Part shown: positions 30,148 through 40,300 of the stretch, piece by piece
How positions within the stretch are numbered: the stretch's first letter is position 1
Layout of the letters: each line of letters opens with the position of its first letter
Virus record (IMG/VR): IMGVR_UViG_3300020179_002092
Coordinates: 10,496 to 74,495 of that record
Strand: one strand, 5' to 3'
DNA: 64,000 nt
Source of the DNA: a virus
The notes under the pieces: model-generated
Databases searched by the model: none
What the model was told of the DNA's origin: nothing
Seen by the model: only the letters and a program-made list of their open reading frames with translations
Program-made: the position numbers and the translations under genes

Positions 30148-30422
30148 TATTCAGATTCCTTTTCAGAATAACCTTCTCCCAACATCCAGTTTACAACTTC
30201 TTGTGCATCTATCCACTTATACCGTTGACCATTTTTATCAAATCTTAGTGGATGTTTATAAAAAATTCCAGAATATGTTTCAACAGTTTTTTCCATTTCT
30301 TCTACTATTTGCTTTTCTATTTTAAATAATTTAGCAACAGTATTATTTTCTTCTAATACTACTTTATAGGTTTCAATTATAGTAATATGTTCACTAATAG
30401 CTATTGGTATTTCAAAAATCAT
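30147..30422 (-). CDS. Small hypothetical protein (cassette partner)
   Basis: KHP..NG..KW..QEVVNW resembles ORF 50115-50309; coupled to the downstream gene. Confidence 0.6.
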   Translation of the reverse strand: MIFEIPIAISEHITIIETYKVVLEENNTVAKLFKIEKQIVEEMEKTVETYSGIFYKHPLRFDKNGQRYKWIDAQEVVNWMLGEGYSEKESE

Positions 30423-30434
30423 TTTGTATATTCC

Positions 30435-30890
30435 TTAATTACTGTATATAAATTGCGTATATAAATCCTCGGCTCCAATACCAGGTTGTATTATATCAAC
30501 TGTTAAATAGTCTCCTTGAATCATAGCAATTTCACTAATGCTACTGCTATTTGCATATGTAGCATTTGCTAAAATATTTAACTCTTTAGTTAATAAACCA
30601 TTTTTTCTAACACCTATTTTTATAAGATTGTTAGTAGGTTTTACTAAATACGCTCTAATTTCAATTATAGTCAGTGTAGAAGGAGCATACCAACGTTTTT
30701 TACCAATGTTCTTGGTTAATTTACCAAATATAGTATGATTAAAATGACTAAGAGGTACTGTTATAGTATTACCATGTGTAGCTGTTAAAACTTGACCTTC
30801 GGCATTTACCGTTATATTAGCCGCAGTATAATAGCCTGGCAATACACCTGTAGGCGTAATATTAGTTTCTGTGATTTTTGTTGATGACAT
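30435..30890 (-). CDS. Short fibre adaptor-like protein
   Basis: N-terminus (TGVLPGYYTAANITVNAEGQV) matches ORF 34319-37348. C-domain (GDYLTVDIIQ) matches the C-terminus of ORF 50311-56130. Confidence 0.65.
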   Translation of the reverse strand: MSSTKITETNITPTGVLPGYYTAANITVNAEGQVLTATHGNTITVPLSHFNHTIFGKLTKNIGKKRWYAPSTLTIIEIRAYLVKPTNNLIKIGVRKNGLLTKELNILANATYANSSSISEIAMIQGDYLTVDIIQPGIGAEDLYTQFIYSN

Positions 30891-31013
30891 GGTAATGCCC
30901 TATATAAGTTAAAATTTTTACTACTACTATTATACTATAAAAGTAGTAGTAGATGCTAGATTAAATTTATATTAACTAGCACTTATCTTTATCGTAGGGT
31001 AATATTTTTTTAA

Positions 31014-31385
31014 CTATTGAGGTATAACAACCTCAATCCAACTTGTGGTACTTTCATCCCAACGATACATCTTACCATCTGTGGGCATTGCGGTAGGTGC
31101 TTGCCATAAGCCAGCGGCATCATCTAGTTGCCAGCTCGCAAAAGGCTTAGGAGGAATAAAAGCATCACGTTCAGGATCATAGCTGTAGCCAATGCCAGCA
31201 TAATTTTTGCGAAATGGTGTGCCACCACCGTTATGTACTCCACCATGTGTGTTATAACTGGTGCGCTTGCACAATTGACCACGAAACTGACCGTAGTGTG
31301 CTTCCCAATCATAGTTTGATTCATCTTTACCTACGATAACTTCAGTAACGATGTAGTTTTCATCTAAAAATGCATAATGTGCCAT
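31014..31385 (-). CDS. Conserved phage protein associated with glycine-rich tail proteins (possible chaperone)
   Basis: MAHYAFLD...RTSYNT..FRKNYAGIGYSYD..DAFIPPKPFASW; AAGGA RBS. Confidence 0.7.
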   Translation of the reverse strand: MAHYAFLDENYIVTEVIVGKDESNYDWEAHYGQFRGQLCKRTSYNTHGGVHNGGGTPFRKNYAGIGYSYDPERDAFIPPKPFASWQLDDAAGLWQAPTAMPTDGKMYRWDESTTSWIEVVIPQ

Positions 31386-31423
31386 TTGTTGTTTTCCTTA
31401 TAGAAAATAATAATATACTGTAT

Positions 31424-34309
31424 TTATGTTAGACTGAATGTGACGGTGCCTGTACCGGCTGTGAATGACAGTATTCTAGATCCCACTACAGCGGTTGTGT
31501 TGTTAGTGAATGTCAGGCCAGCTGATACTGTGGCTGTATATACGCTAGGTATACGCAGTACAACTATGCCGGAACCACCTGCGCCTCCTGCGTAAAAAGT
31601 ATTAGGCCCAGTAGCAAAACCACCGCCACCTCCTCCTCCCCCGGTATTAGCTGTACCAGATGATCCTGTAGCCGAAGTAACACCATTGCCACCGCCCCCT
31701 GAACCACCTGTTCCAGCGGTGCTTGTTTGTCTAAAGTCTGGAGCACCTCCACCCCCACCTGCATAAGTTACAGTTGAGCCAGTTATTACGGAATTTGCCC
31801 CAGCACCGCCATTTCCTCCCGCAGATGTTGTTGCATTTACTCCAATAGCATTTGCACCGCCCCCACCTGCTCCAACAGGATAACCTCCAAAAACTCCAGT
31901 TCCTCCAGTATTTCCTTGGCTAGGTGAAGTTGATGGCGTATTTCCTGAACCTCCTACTCCATTAGTAGGGTTAGAACCACCCCCGCCACCGCCCGAACCA
32001 CCGCTTAATCCGTTTTGATTTGGCGCTATAGTACAACCCCCGCCACCGCCTTTTGTAGAAGTAATTGTGCTGAAAACAGAATCTGACCCAGACACTCCTA
32101 CATTTTGAGTTCCAGATGCGCCGCCTGCGCCACCACCACCAACTGTAATCTCATAGCTAGTTCCTGTGTTAACACTTAATACTGTTCCGGCCCTGAAACC
32201 TCCTGCGCCACCTCCACCACCACCATTACCACTAGAGCCGCCGCCGCCTCCGGCCACTACCAAGTATTCTACTGTGAGTGGGGGTGGTGTAGTTTGTAGC
32301 GCAAAAGTACCAGTACCGGCGGTAAATCTAGTATGACGATATCCCCCACCTTGGCTGATGGTTTCCGCAGTTAAGCCGGTGCCGATGCTAGCGTAGTAAG
32401 TGTCAGGATAGCGTACAATAACTACGCCGGAACCGCCGGCACCACCATTACCGGCTCTACCAGCTCCACCACCTCCACCTGTGTTGGCATTACCTGATGT
32501 GCCGTTTCCAGTACCAAACACACCAGTACCTCCTCCTCCTGCGCCACCTGCACCAGCTGTGCCTGTAGAAGTTGATCCACCTCCACCTCCAGCATAAGTT
32601 ACTGACGATCCTGTGATAGAAGATGATAAGCCGGCACCGCCGCTACCTCCACCTCCAGTAGTGCCGGTAGTACCTACTGCTCCGGCACCTCCACCTCCAC
32701 CCCCTGCTCCGTAGGAACCCGATGAGTGATTTGCAGTACCACCGTTATTTCCCTGACTAGGTGTTGTAGCAGGTGTATTTCCTAAGCCGCCGGCATAGGA
32801 CCCCGAAGATAAGGCTATTGATCCTCCACCACCTGAGCCACCATTTCCAGCATTTGCGCCTCCATAGGCTTGTCCACCTTTGCCTCCACCAGTAGAAGTA
32901 ATAGTATGAAAAGAAGAATCAGAACCATTAGTAGGATTTGTAGAACTGCTTTGTATTGCGCCCGCTCCGGCAGCTCCAACAGTTACAGTATATGATGTTC
33001 CTGCAACTATCGAAAAATCAGCTGCTGTTCTAAATCCACCTGCACCTCCACCTCCAGAAACATCAGTGTAACCTCCACCCCCACCACCACCGGCTACCAC
33101 TAGGTAATCTACCGAAATAGGCGGATTATTACTAAAAAATACATTACCAGTGCCCGCGGTAAAGGTTGATACTTTGTTGGCGCCGATGGTGACAGTTGAT
33201 GTGGTCAAGCCCGAGCCTGGGATCATGTAATACACTGCGGGATAGCGTAGGATCACAATACCAGAACCACCTGTCCTTCCGCCTACAGAGTCGCCCGGAG
33301 TTATCCAACCACCGCCCCCACCGCCCCCACCAGTGTTTGTAGTTCCCGCAGTTGATGATGCTACTAAAGAATTAGGTGTTTCTGAACTTAGGCTACCGTT
33401 TCCACCACCACCTTGTCCACCTAAACCTTGCTTTGACGCAGGTTGTGATCCGGGGTAAAGAGCTCCACCACCACCTCCACCACTGTAATAAGTAAGAGTA
33501 CCCGTAATTAAACTTGTTCCGCCAACACCACCATTTGCCGCAGTAGTTAGTAATCCACTTGCACCAATGCCACCAGCACCGCCACCAGCACCACCTGCAT
33601 AATTTGGAGGACTTCTATATCCGGCACCACCTGCATTACCTTGACTAGGCGTGGTAGAAGGGGTATTACCCGGCCCACCTGCATTTCCTGTAGATCCACC
33701 GGCTTGCCCACCGCCACCTGATCCACCTGATCCACCGGTATTGCTATAGCCGTTAGCAGAACTACCGCCACCGCCGCCGCCACCTGTTGAGGTAATACTA
33801 CCAAATATACTATTACTACCCGCACTACCATTATCAAAAACCGCTCCTGGTCCTGTTCCACCGGCCCCCACTGTAACTGTATAAGTTGTAGTAAAATTTA
33901 CTGTACTAGTTCCTGTTCTAAATCCACCTCCACCTCCACCTCCTGCAAGATATCCACCCCCACCTCCGCCACCGGCAACTACCAAATAATCTACACTCAT
34001 TGTAGTCAGCGAGCTAGTAACACCAGATACCGTGATCCAAGCTGCCAAGGTGGCATCATAGTATTCAACACGATCTAAGTCGGTGTTGAATCGAACATAA
34101 CCATCATTTACCGAAGTCGGGCGTTGGGCTGTGGTGCCGCGAGGTAGGCTGAAGAATCCTGTGCTGGTATTGTCTCGATCCGACACATCAGCAGGCCCGG
34201 TTATGCTAGACCCAACTTTATTCCAGCTATTACCGTCATAACGCCACACAATATTATTATAAGTATAAGTTTGGTTAGTGCTAGGGCTTAAGGGAAATGA
34301 TATTGGCAT
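31424..34309 (-). CDS. Glycine-rich tail/fibre protein (three Gly-rich domains)
   Basis: Three units from (D/E)YLVVAGGGGGG to GGSG(I/V)V(I/V)xRxP; LPRGTTAQRP anchor domain. Confidence 0.8.
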   Translation of the reverse strand: MPISFPLSPSTNQTYTYNNIVWRYDGNSWNKVGSSITGPADVSDRDNTSTGFFSLPRGTTAQRPTSVNDGYVRFNTDLDRVEYYDATLAAWITVSGVTSSLTTMSVDYLVVAGGGGGGGYLAGGGGGGGFRTGTSTVNFTTTYTVTVGAGGTGPGAVFDNGSAGSNSIFGSITSTGGGGGGGSSANGYSNTGGSGGSGGGGQAGGSTGNAGGPGNTPSTTPSQGNAGGAGYRSPPNYAGGAGGGAGGIGASGLLTTAANGGVGGTSLITGTLTYYSGGGGGGALYPGSQPASKQGLGGQGGGGNGSLSSETPNSLVASSTAGTTNTGGGGGGGGWITPGDSVGGRTGGSGIVILRYPAVYYMIPGSGLTTSTVTIGANKVSTFTAGTGNVFFSNNPPISVDYLVVAGGGGGGGYTDVSGGGGAGGFRTAADFSIVAGTSYTVTVGAAGAGAIQSSSTNPTNGSDSSFHTITSTGGGKGGQAYGGANAGNGGSGGGGSIALSSGSYAGGLGNTPATTPSQGNNGGTANHSSGSYGAGGGGGGAGAVGTTGTTGGGGSGGAGLSSSITGSSVTYAGGGGGSTSTGTAGAGGAGGGGTGVFGTGNGTSGNANTGGGGGAGRAGNGGAGGSGVVIVRYPDTYYASIGTGLTAETISQGGGYRHTRFTAGTGTFALQTTPPPLTVEYLVVAGGGGGSSGNGGGGGGAGGFRAGTVLSVNTGTSYEITVGGGGAGGASGTQNVGVSGSDSVFSTITSTKGGGGGCTIAPNQNGLSGGSGGGGGGSNPTNGVGGSGNTPSTSPSQGNTGGTGVFGGYPVGAGGGGANAIGVNATTSAGGNGGAGANSVITGSTVTYAGGGGGAPDFRQTSTAGTGGSGGGGNGVTSATGSSGTANTGGGGGGGGFATGPNTFYAGGAGGSGIVVLRIPSVYTATVSAGLTFTNNTTAVVGSRILSFTAGTGTVTFSLT

Positions 34310-34318
34310 GATTTAATC

Positions 34319-37300
34319 CTAGTTAAATGTTACAGTACCGGTTCCGGCTGTGACTGAATATACTCGATAACCTGTTACCGCGGTGTTTGATTGAGTCACA
34401 GTCAGGCCAGCTGAAAATGTGGCTGTGTATAGATTGGGTATGCGTAGGATGACTACGCCAGAACCACCTGTACCGGCCAATCCGGTACTAACATACGAAC
34501 TGCCACCGCCACCGCCACCGGTGTTTACTAATCCTGATCCGGCTGCTCTTGTATATACAGAAGAAGCATTTAATAAAGCACCATCGCCTCCTCCCCCAAA
34601 TCCACCTGCTCCGCCACCGCCCGACGCTCCACTGTTTCTTAAACTACTAGATCCACCACCGCCACCAGCATAACTCACAGATGAGCCTGTTATAGACAAG
34701 TTAGCACCTATACCACCAGCGCCACCCGAACTACTACCGGTTCCATTTCCTCCTATACCACCAGCACCGCCGCCTCCGCCGCCGTCGTAGGTGGTATTCA
34801 TTGTACCATTACCACCTGTATTACCTTGACCTGAGGTTCCAGCTGCTCCTGTATTATTTGTAGAGCCACCTAATCCACCTCCACCGCTTCCACCAGACAC
34901 AGCCGGGCCAGGTATATTACCTGCGCCATATCCGCCACCAATAGCAGTAAAGGAAGAAAAAATACTATTACTACCAGAAGTTTGATTTACAGAAGGACTA
35001 TATTGTCCTGCTGTGCCGCCACCCCCTACACTAACATTATAAGGAACACCGGATTGAATGTTTGTTCCTGTCCCTGTTAAGAGTCCACCAGCTCCCCCAC
35101 CACCACCAGTACTAGAACCACCGCCACCTCCGCCAGCCACTACCAAATAATCTACTGTAAGTGGTGGTGTGGTGGTGAATGAGATTGATCCTGTGCCCGC
35201 AGTAAATCTTGTGTATTTCTCTGCTGCATTTATTGTGACTGTTTCTGCGGTGAGTCCGGTTCCGAGATTGATATAGTAGTTGGTAGAATAGCGTAGAATG
35301 ACTACACCACTGCCACCTGTGCCACCGTTGCCGTATGTTGTATCATTATTTCTATGAGAAGCGCCACCGCCACCACCTGTATTAGCAGTACCATCACCAC
35401 CTGCATTAGGTGCTCCCGTCGCCCCAGAATTTCCGCCTCCACCCAATCCGCCAGAACCTGGTGTGCCTCCAGTATATGTTCCGCCGCCGCCTCCACCAGC
35501 ATAATAAGTAGACGATCCTGTAATAGAACTTAGTGCTCCTATCCCGCCATTACCACCGGTGGTAGAGGTTCCGTTAGCACCAACAGAACCAGCACCTCCA
35601 CCACCACCAGAACCATAATTTCCTGTACTAACACTACCGCCACCATTGTTGCCCTGACTAGGTGTTGTGCTAGGGGTATTTCCTGCACCAATGGCTCCGC
35701 TGTACCCTGCCCCACCACCAGAACCGCCGCTGCCACCTGCACCCGACCCTGTGCCCCCGCCCTGTCCCGAAGTACCACCGAATCCACCGCCTGTTGTGGA
35801 TATACCCGAAAATGCACTACCGCTTCCAGGAGAACCTTGTGTTTGAAGTGAACCAGATCCAGTGCCCCCACTACCACCAGCACCAACTGTTACAGTATAG
35901 GTTGTATTAAGTTGTATAGTACTTTGTGTACTAGTTAATAGTCCTCCTGCTCCACCTCCACCCCCCAAGCCTCTTACACCTCCACCGCCACCAGCAACTA
36001 CTAGATACTGTACAGCAATGGGCGGTGTTGTTGAAAAACTGACAGTGCCAGTGCCAGCTGTGAATGTGATGATTTTGAATCCACCTACTATAACAGAGCT
36101 TGATGTTAGCCCAGCTGATACTGTTTCATAATATAGTATAGGATATTTGATAATAACAATACCAGAGCCGCCCGAATAACCGCCCTGACTTCCGCTGCCA
36201 CCACCGCCACCACCACCGGAATTTGTTGTACCTGCTGCTCCAGCAACAGTGCCGGCGCCTTTTCCGCCCCCACCTAAACCACCAGTACCGCCATTGGTTC
36301 CATTGAAAGTTCCGCCACCGCCACCGCCAGCGTAATATCCAGTAGAAGGTGATCCACCATGGCCAGCTGCACCGAAAGATGAAGCAAATGATGGACCTAT
36401 TAGACCACTTCCGCCATTGCCACCAGTTCCTCCAGATGGTCTGGCTGATCCTGCACTACCAGCACCACCACCACCAGATGCATCTGTTGTATCGCTACCC
36501 AGAGTCGCGCCATTTTGACCTTGTGTAGTTGAAATTTCGCCTGAAATAGGAGTTATTGCAATTGCAGCCCCACCAGGGCCATTATAACCAGCGCCACCAC
36601 CAGAACCCCCAGTAAGACCTGGACTACCTGGCGCAACACCGCCACCGCCACCGCCACCTTTTGATGTAATAGAGTGTAAGATTGAATCGCTGCCTGTTGA
36701 TCCACCACTGGCGCTACCTGTGTTTGTACTTCCTGCGCCACCCCCACCTATAGTAATTGTATAATTTGTGTCTGACAGAAGAAATAAATTAGTACCATAT
36801 CTCATTCCTCCAGCACCGCCACCGCCACCATGACGAGAGCCACCTCCACCTCCACCAGCGACTACTAGATACTCAATATCAAAGCTAGTGGAAACAGCAG
36901 CACCAGCTGTCTGTTGTAGGGCCATCCATGATTGATAAGTTGAATTATAGTATTCTACTTGTAGGGTAGTAGTATTATATCTAACATATCCTGATTGTGG
37001 TGTTACAGGACGCTGTGCTGTGGTACCAGCTGGTAAACTTATAAAATCTGTAGCTGAATTTGGTTGTCCGCTGACAGCCGCAATATTGGCTGAGCCCCCT
37101 CCACCACTGACCACTGCCCAAGCATTACCAAAGTAAGCATTGAGGTCACCAGTTTCTGAATTCAACCATAAGTTGCCTTCCCCTGATCCAGCTGGTCGAG
37201 TACCACTTACTGTAACCGATGCTCCGCCTCCACCACTACTAGCACTGGTAATTTGTCCAGCTTCATTAACCGTAATATTGGCATGAGTATAGCTGCCTGG

Positions 37301-37348
37301 GGTAACACCTGTGGTGGCTAGCATTGTTGTTGGAACTTTTGTAGGCAT
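34319..37348 (-). CDS. Glycine-rich tail/fibre protein (three Gly-rich domains)
   Basis: Same architecture as the adjacent paralog; LPAGTTAQRP domain. Confidence 0.8.
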   Translation of the reverse strand: MPTKVPTTMLATTGVTPGSYTHANITVNEAGQITSASSGGGGASVTVSGTRPAGSGEGNLWLNSETGDLNAYFGNAWAVVSGGGGSANIAAVSGQPNSATDFISLPAGTTAQRPVTPQSGYVRYNTTTLQVEYYNSTYQSWMALQQTAGAAVSTSFDIEYLVVAGGGGGGSRHGGGGGAGGMRYGTNLFLLSDTNYTITIGGGGAGSTNTGSASGGSTGSDSILHSITSKGGGGGGGVAPGSPGLTGGSGGGAGYNGPGGAAIAITPISGEISTTQGQNGATLGSDTTDASGGGGAGSAGSARPSGGTGGNGGSGLIGPSFASSFGAAGHGGSPSTGYYAGGGGGGTFNGTNGGTGGLGGGGKGAGTVAGAAGTTNSGGGGGGGSGSQGGYSGGSGIVIIKYPILYYETVSAGLTSSSVIVGGFKIITFTAGTGTVSFSTTPPIAVQYLVVAGGGGGVRGLGGGGGAGGLLTSTQSTIQLNTTYTVTVGAGGSGGTGSGSLQTQGSPGSGSAFSGISTTGGGFGGTSGQGGGTGSGAGGSGGSGGGAGYSGAIGAGNTPSTTPSQGNNGGGSVSTGNYGSGGGGGAGSVGANGTSTTGGNGGIGALSSITGSSTYYAGGGGGGTYTGGTPGSGGLGGGGNSGATGAPNAGGDGTANTGGGGGASHRNNDTTYGNGGTGGSGVVILRYSTNYYINLGTGLTAETVTINAAEKYTRFTAGTGSISFTTTPPLTVDYLVVAGGGGGGSSTGGGGGAGGLLTGTGTNIQSGVPYNVSVGGGGTAGQYSPSVNQTSGSNSIFSSFTAIGGGYGAGNIPGPAVSGGSGGGGLGGSTNNTGAAGTSGQGNTGGNGTMNTTYDGGGGGGAGGIGGNGTGSSSGGAGGIGANLSITGSSVSYAGGGGGSSSLRNSGASGGGGAGGFGGGGDGALLNASSVYTRAAGSGLVNTGGGGGGSSYVSTGLAGTGGSGVVILRIPNLYTATFSAGLTVTQSNTAVTGYRVYSVTAGTGTVTFN

Positions 37349-37357
37349 GCTGTTTCC

Positions 37358-40300
37358 TTATTTTAACCTGTGTGGGCCGGTGGGCGGTGTAAAGTTGGCA
37401 GTGTAACGGGCTACACCCTTGGTAATTCGCAGATCGTCGATGTAACCATTGAAAAATGAACCTACTACTGCAGGTGGTCCAAGAGTACTTGAAGCACCGA
37501 CACCGAATTTCGTGGAGGCTGTTAAGGTCATTAAATCACCAACTGTTATAGTACCAGTACCATCTAATACACCATTTATAAATAACCTCACTGTATTCGT
37601 AGACCTTGTAACTGCAACATGTGTCCAAGTATTTAGGCTAACATTACCGGTCGATACAAAATCTTGCCACGATGATTCACTGGCAGCTACAAAAAAAGTA
37701 AGTTTATTTGTAGTGAAATACAACAGATACTGAATTACAGAAGTATCACCTATTCTATAGATACCGCAAATAACGCCATTAGTAGTAGAATAATTAATCC
37801 ATGCTTCTATTGTAAAATCACCACTTTTAAGATCTAAAAAGCTGCCCGGTGGCGCTGGTATAGTTAAGTAGTCACCGGTGCCATCAAACGACATAGCACC
37901 TGTACCATACTTAACTTGCACTGAACTAGTCTTGGCATCTGCCACAGTCTCAACGACCGTACGCCCGGTACGATCTACAATGGCAGCGTCGGTGAAGTTT
38001 AGTAGTAGACTGGTGTTAGCTGTAGGACTGGCTGGTGCGGTTGGTGGTGTAAATGCACTTGTATACAGTGCTGTACCTTTAATAATATTAAGATTAGTTA
38101 TATATCCGTTAAAATGCCAAGTATTTGTGTCTTCATTTCTTCCAATAGACCATTGCTGAGTTGTATCATTCATAGTTACTGAGCTTGTTCCAGTAGCTGC
38201 TGATACTCCATTAAGCCAAATAGTAAAATTACTACCGCTGCGAGTAATAGCAATATGGTACCATGTATTAATATTTATTGTAGCAGTTGTTGTAAGGGTA
38301 AGACTGTTATTTATGCTAAAAGAAATAATATTAGCACTAGTTATATATAACATAAATGGATAGCTTGGTCCACTCCATTTACTCAATATTCCATGATTGC
38401 TACCAGCTGATAATCTGTAGACCCAGCACTCAATTGTAAAATTACTATTTCCAAGTTCCATATTTGGATTATCGGTTACAGTAAGAAAATCTCCAGTACC
38501 ATCAAAATAGGCCGATCCACCGTGTAGTGCGGGTGTGTATGCTGCGGTGGGGGCGAAGGGTGAGAAGGCAACTACTCTGGCGTCACCGTTGCGAGTGACG
38601 GCGAAGTTATTGGTACTAGCATCTCTAAAGCGGTTGTCGTGGCAGGTTAATAAACTGGTGTTTGCTACAGCAGTTAGTGGTGTGGTACTTGGTGTAAAGT
38701 TTGTGGTATATAAGGCAGTGCCTTTAACAATACGCAGGTTACTGATATAGCCTGCGTAATCATTCCAAACTTGAGTATCCCATCTACCTATTACTAAACT
38801 GCTAGCGTTGTTAAAATTATTTGAACAAGTTATAGTATTTGTTAAAACTCCATTCGAGAAGGATGTCAACACAGTACCACTACGCACATATGCAATGTGT
38901 GTCCATTGACCAGGAAGTACTTGATTGTTTTCACTATGTAAATTTCCACCACCAAAATAAAAAATAGCCGATTTAGTCCCTATGTTATAGGCTATTTTCC
39001 AACTGTCCGCTGTAGAACCTGTTCCTTTAGTTATCATATCTGGCCACGCATCAGTTGGGGTGGATGAAGGGTTCATCCAAAATTCAATAGTAAAATTACC
39101 AGTTTCCAAGTCTAGAGCGGCATTGTCTGCTATACTTAGGTAATCGTCGACACCATCAAAATAAACACTCCACCCAGTCTGACTAAATGGGCTGAATGTA
39201 CCTTGACTAGCATTACCGTTACGAGTGATTAAGAATTGATTCGAGCTGGCGTCCTGAAATCCATGATTGTTGTGTGGTTGACGATATTGTAGGGTTAATA
39301 ATTGTGTATTGGCTATAGCGGTCAGTGGCTGGGTAGGTGGCGTAAATACCGAAGTACCACTTGTTATCGCACTGGTTTGATAGCTTGTCGGTACAGAACC
39401 TTTTGTAATTCGTACATCCGACATATAACCAGTAAACATAAAATTACCCAACGAATCTCCGGCAGTTGCAAGTGTCAACGCTCCGTTTGTATAATTACTG
39501 TTATTGGTAATTGAATTAGCGTCTAAAACACCATTAAGGAAAATCCTTGTTCCTGCGTTACTTGTAACCTGTCTTGTTACAGCAACGTGCGCCCAAGTAT
39601 TAAGCTGTATATTTGTTGTCCCCGTAACAACATCAACACCAACAGTTCCATCTCTTAAAGTTAACTTATACCCTGATGATACATTTAACCAAGGAGAGTT
39701 GAAATTAGGCGAACCTCTTCGTAAATCAATCAGACCAGAAGGGCTAGCAGGAGCAGCCGTCATGTATATCCAACCCTCCATGCAATATTCGCCAGTACCA
39801 AAAGCAAAAGCTGAGTTTACTGGCCCCTGCAAATAATCCCCACTACCATCAAAATATGCACTGCCGTTGGCTATTTGAGTATAAAATGGATTGTTATGAG
39901 ATATAACAGGACTATTTACTAAATTAATAGTAGCATTGGATATATTTTCTATAAACCTATTGTCTTGCCATAACAATAATTTAACATCACCTGCAACGGC
40001 TCCTTGACTACTATTAGTTAATTTAGTAGTAGGAGGTGTAAAAATTTGAGCATCTACAGTAGTTGAACTAGTTTGATAACTTGTAGGAACCGATCCTATA
40101 ACCATACGGAAATTGCTAATAAAAATTTCTGTTAGATCTCCACCTAATTGACTATTTGTACCAAAACTAGTAGTAGATGTTCCATTTATATTAGTGGTCG
40201 CACCGGCTACTGACTCTTTTAATATGCCATTCAAAAAAAGCCTTAGTGTACCATTTTGTCTTGTTACCAGTACATGACACCAACGATTCTTATATAGTGC

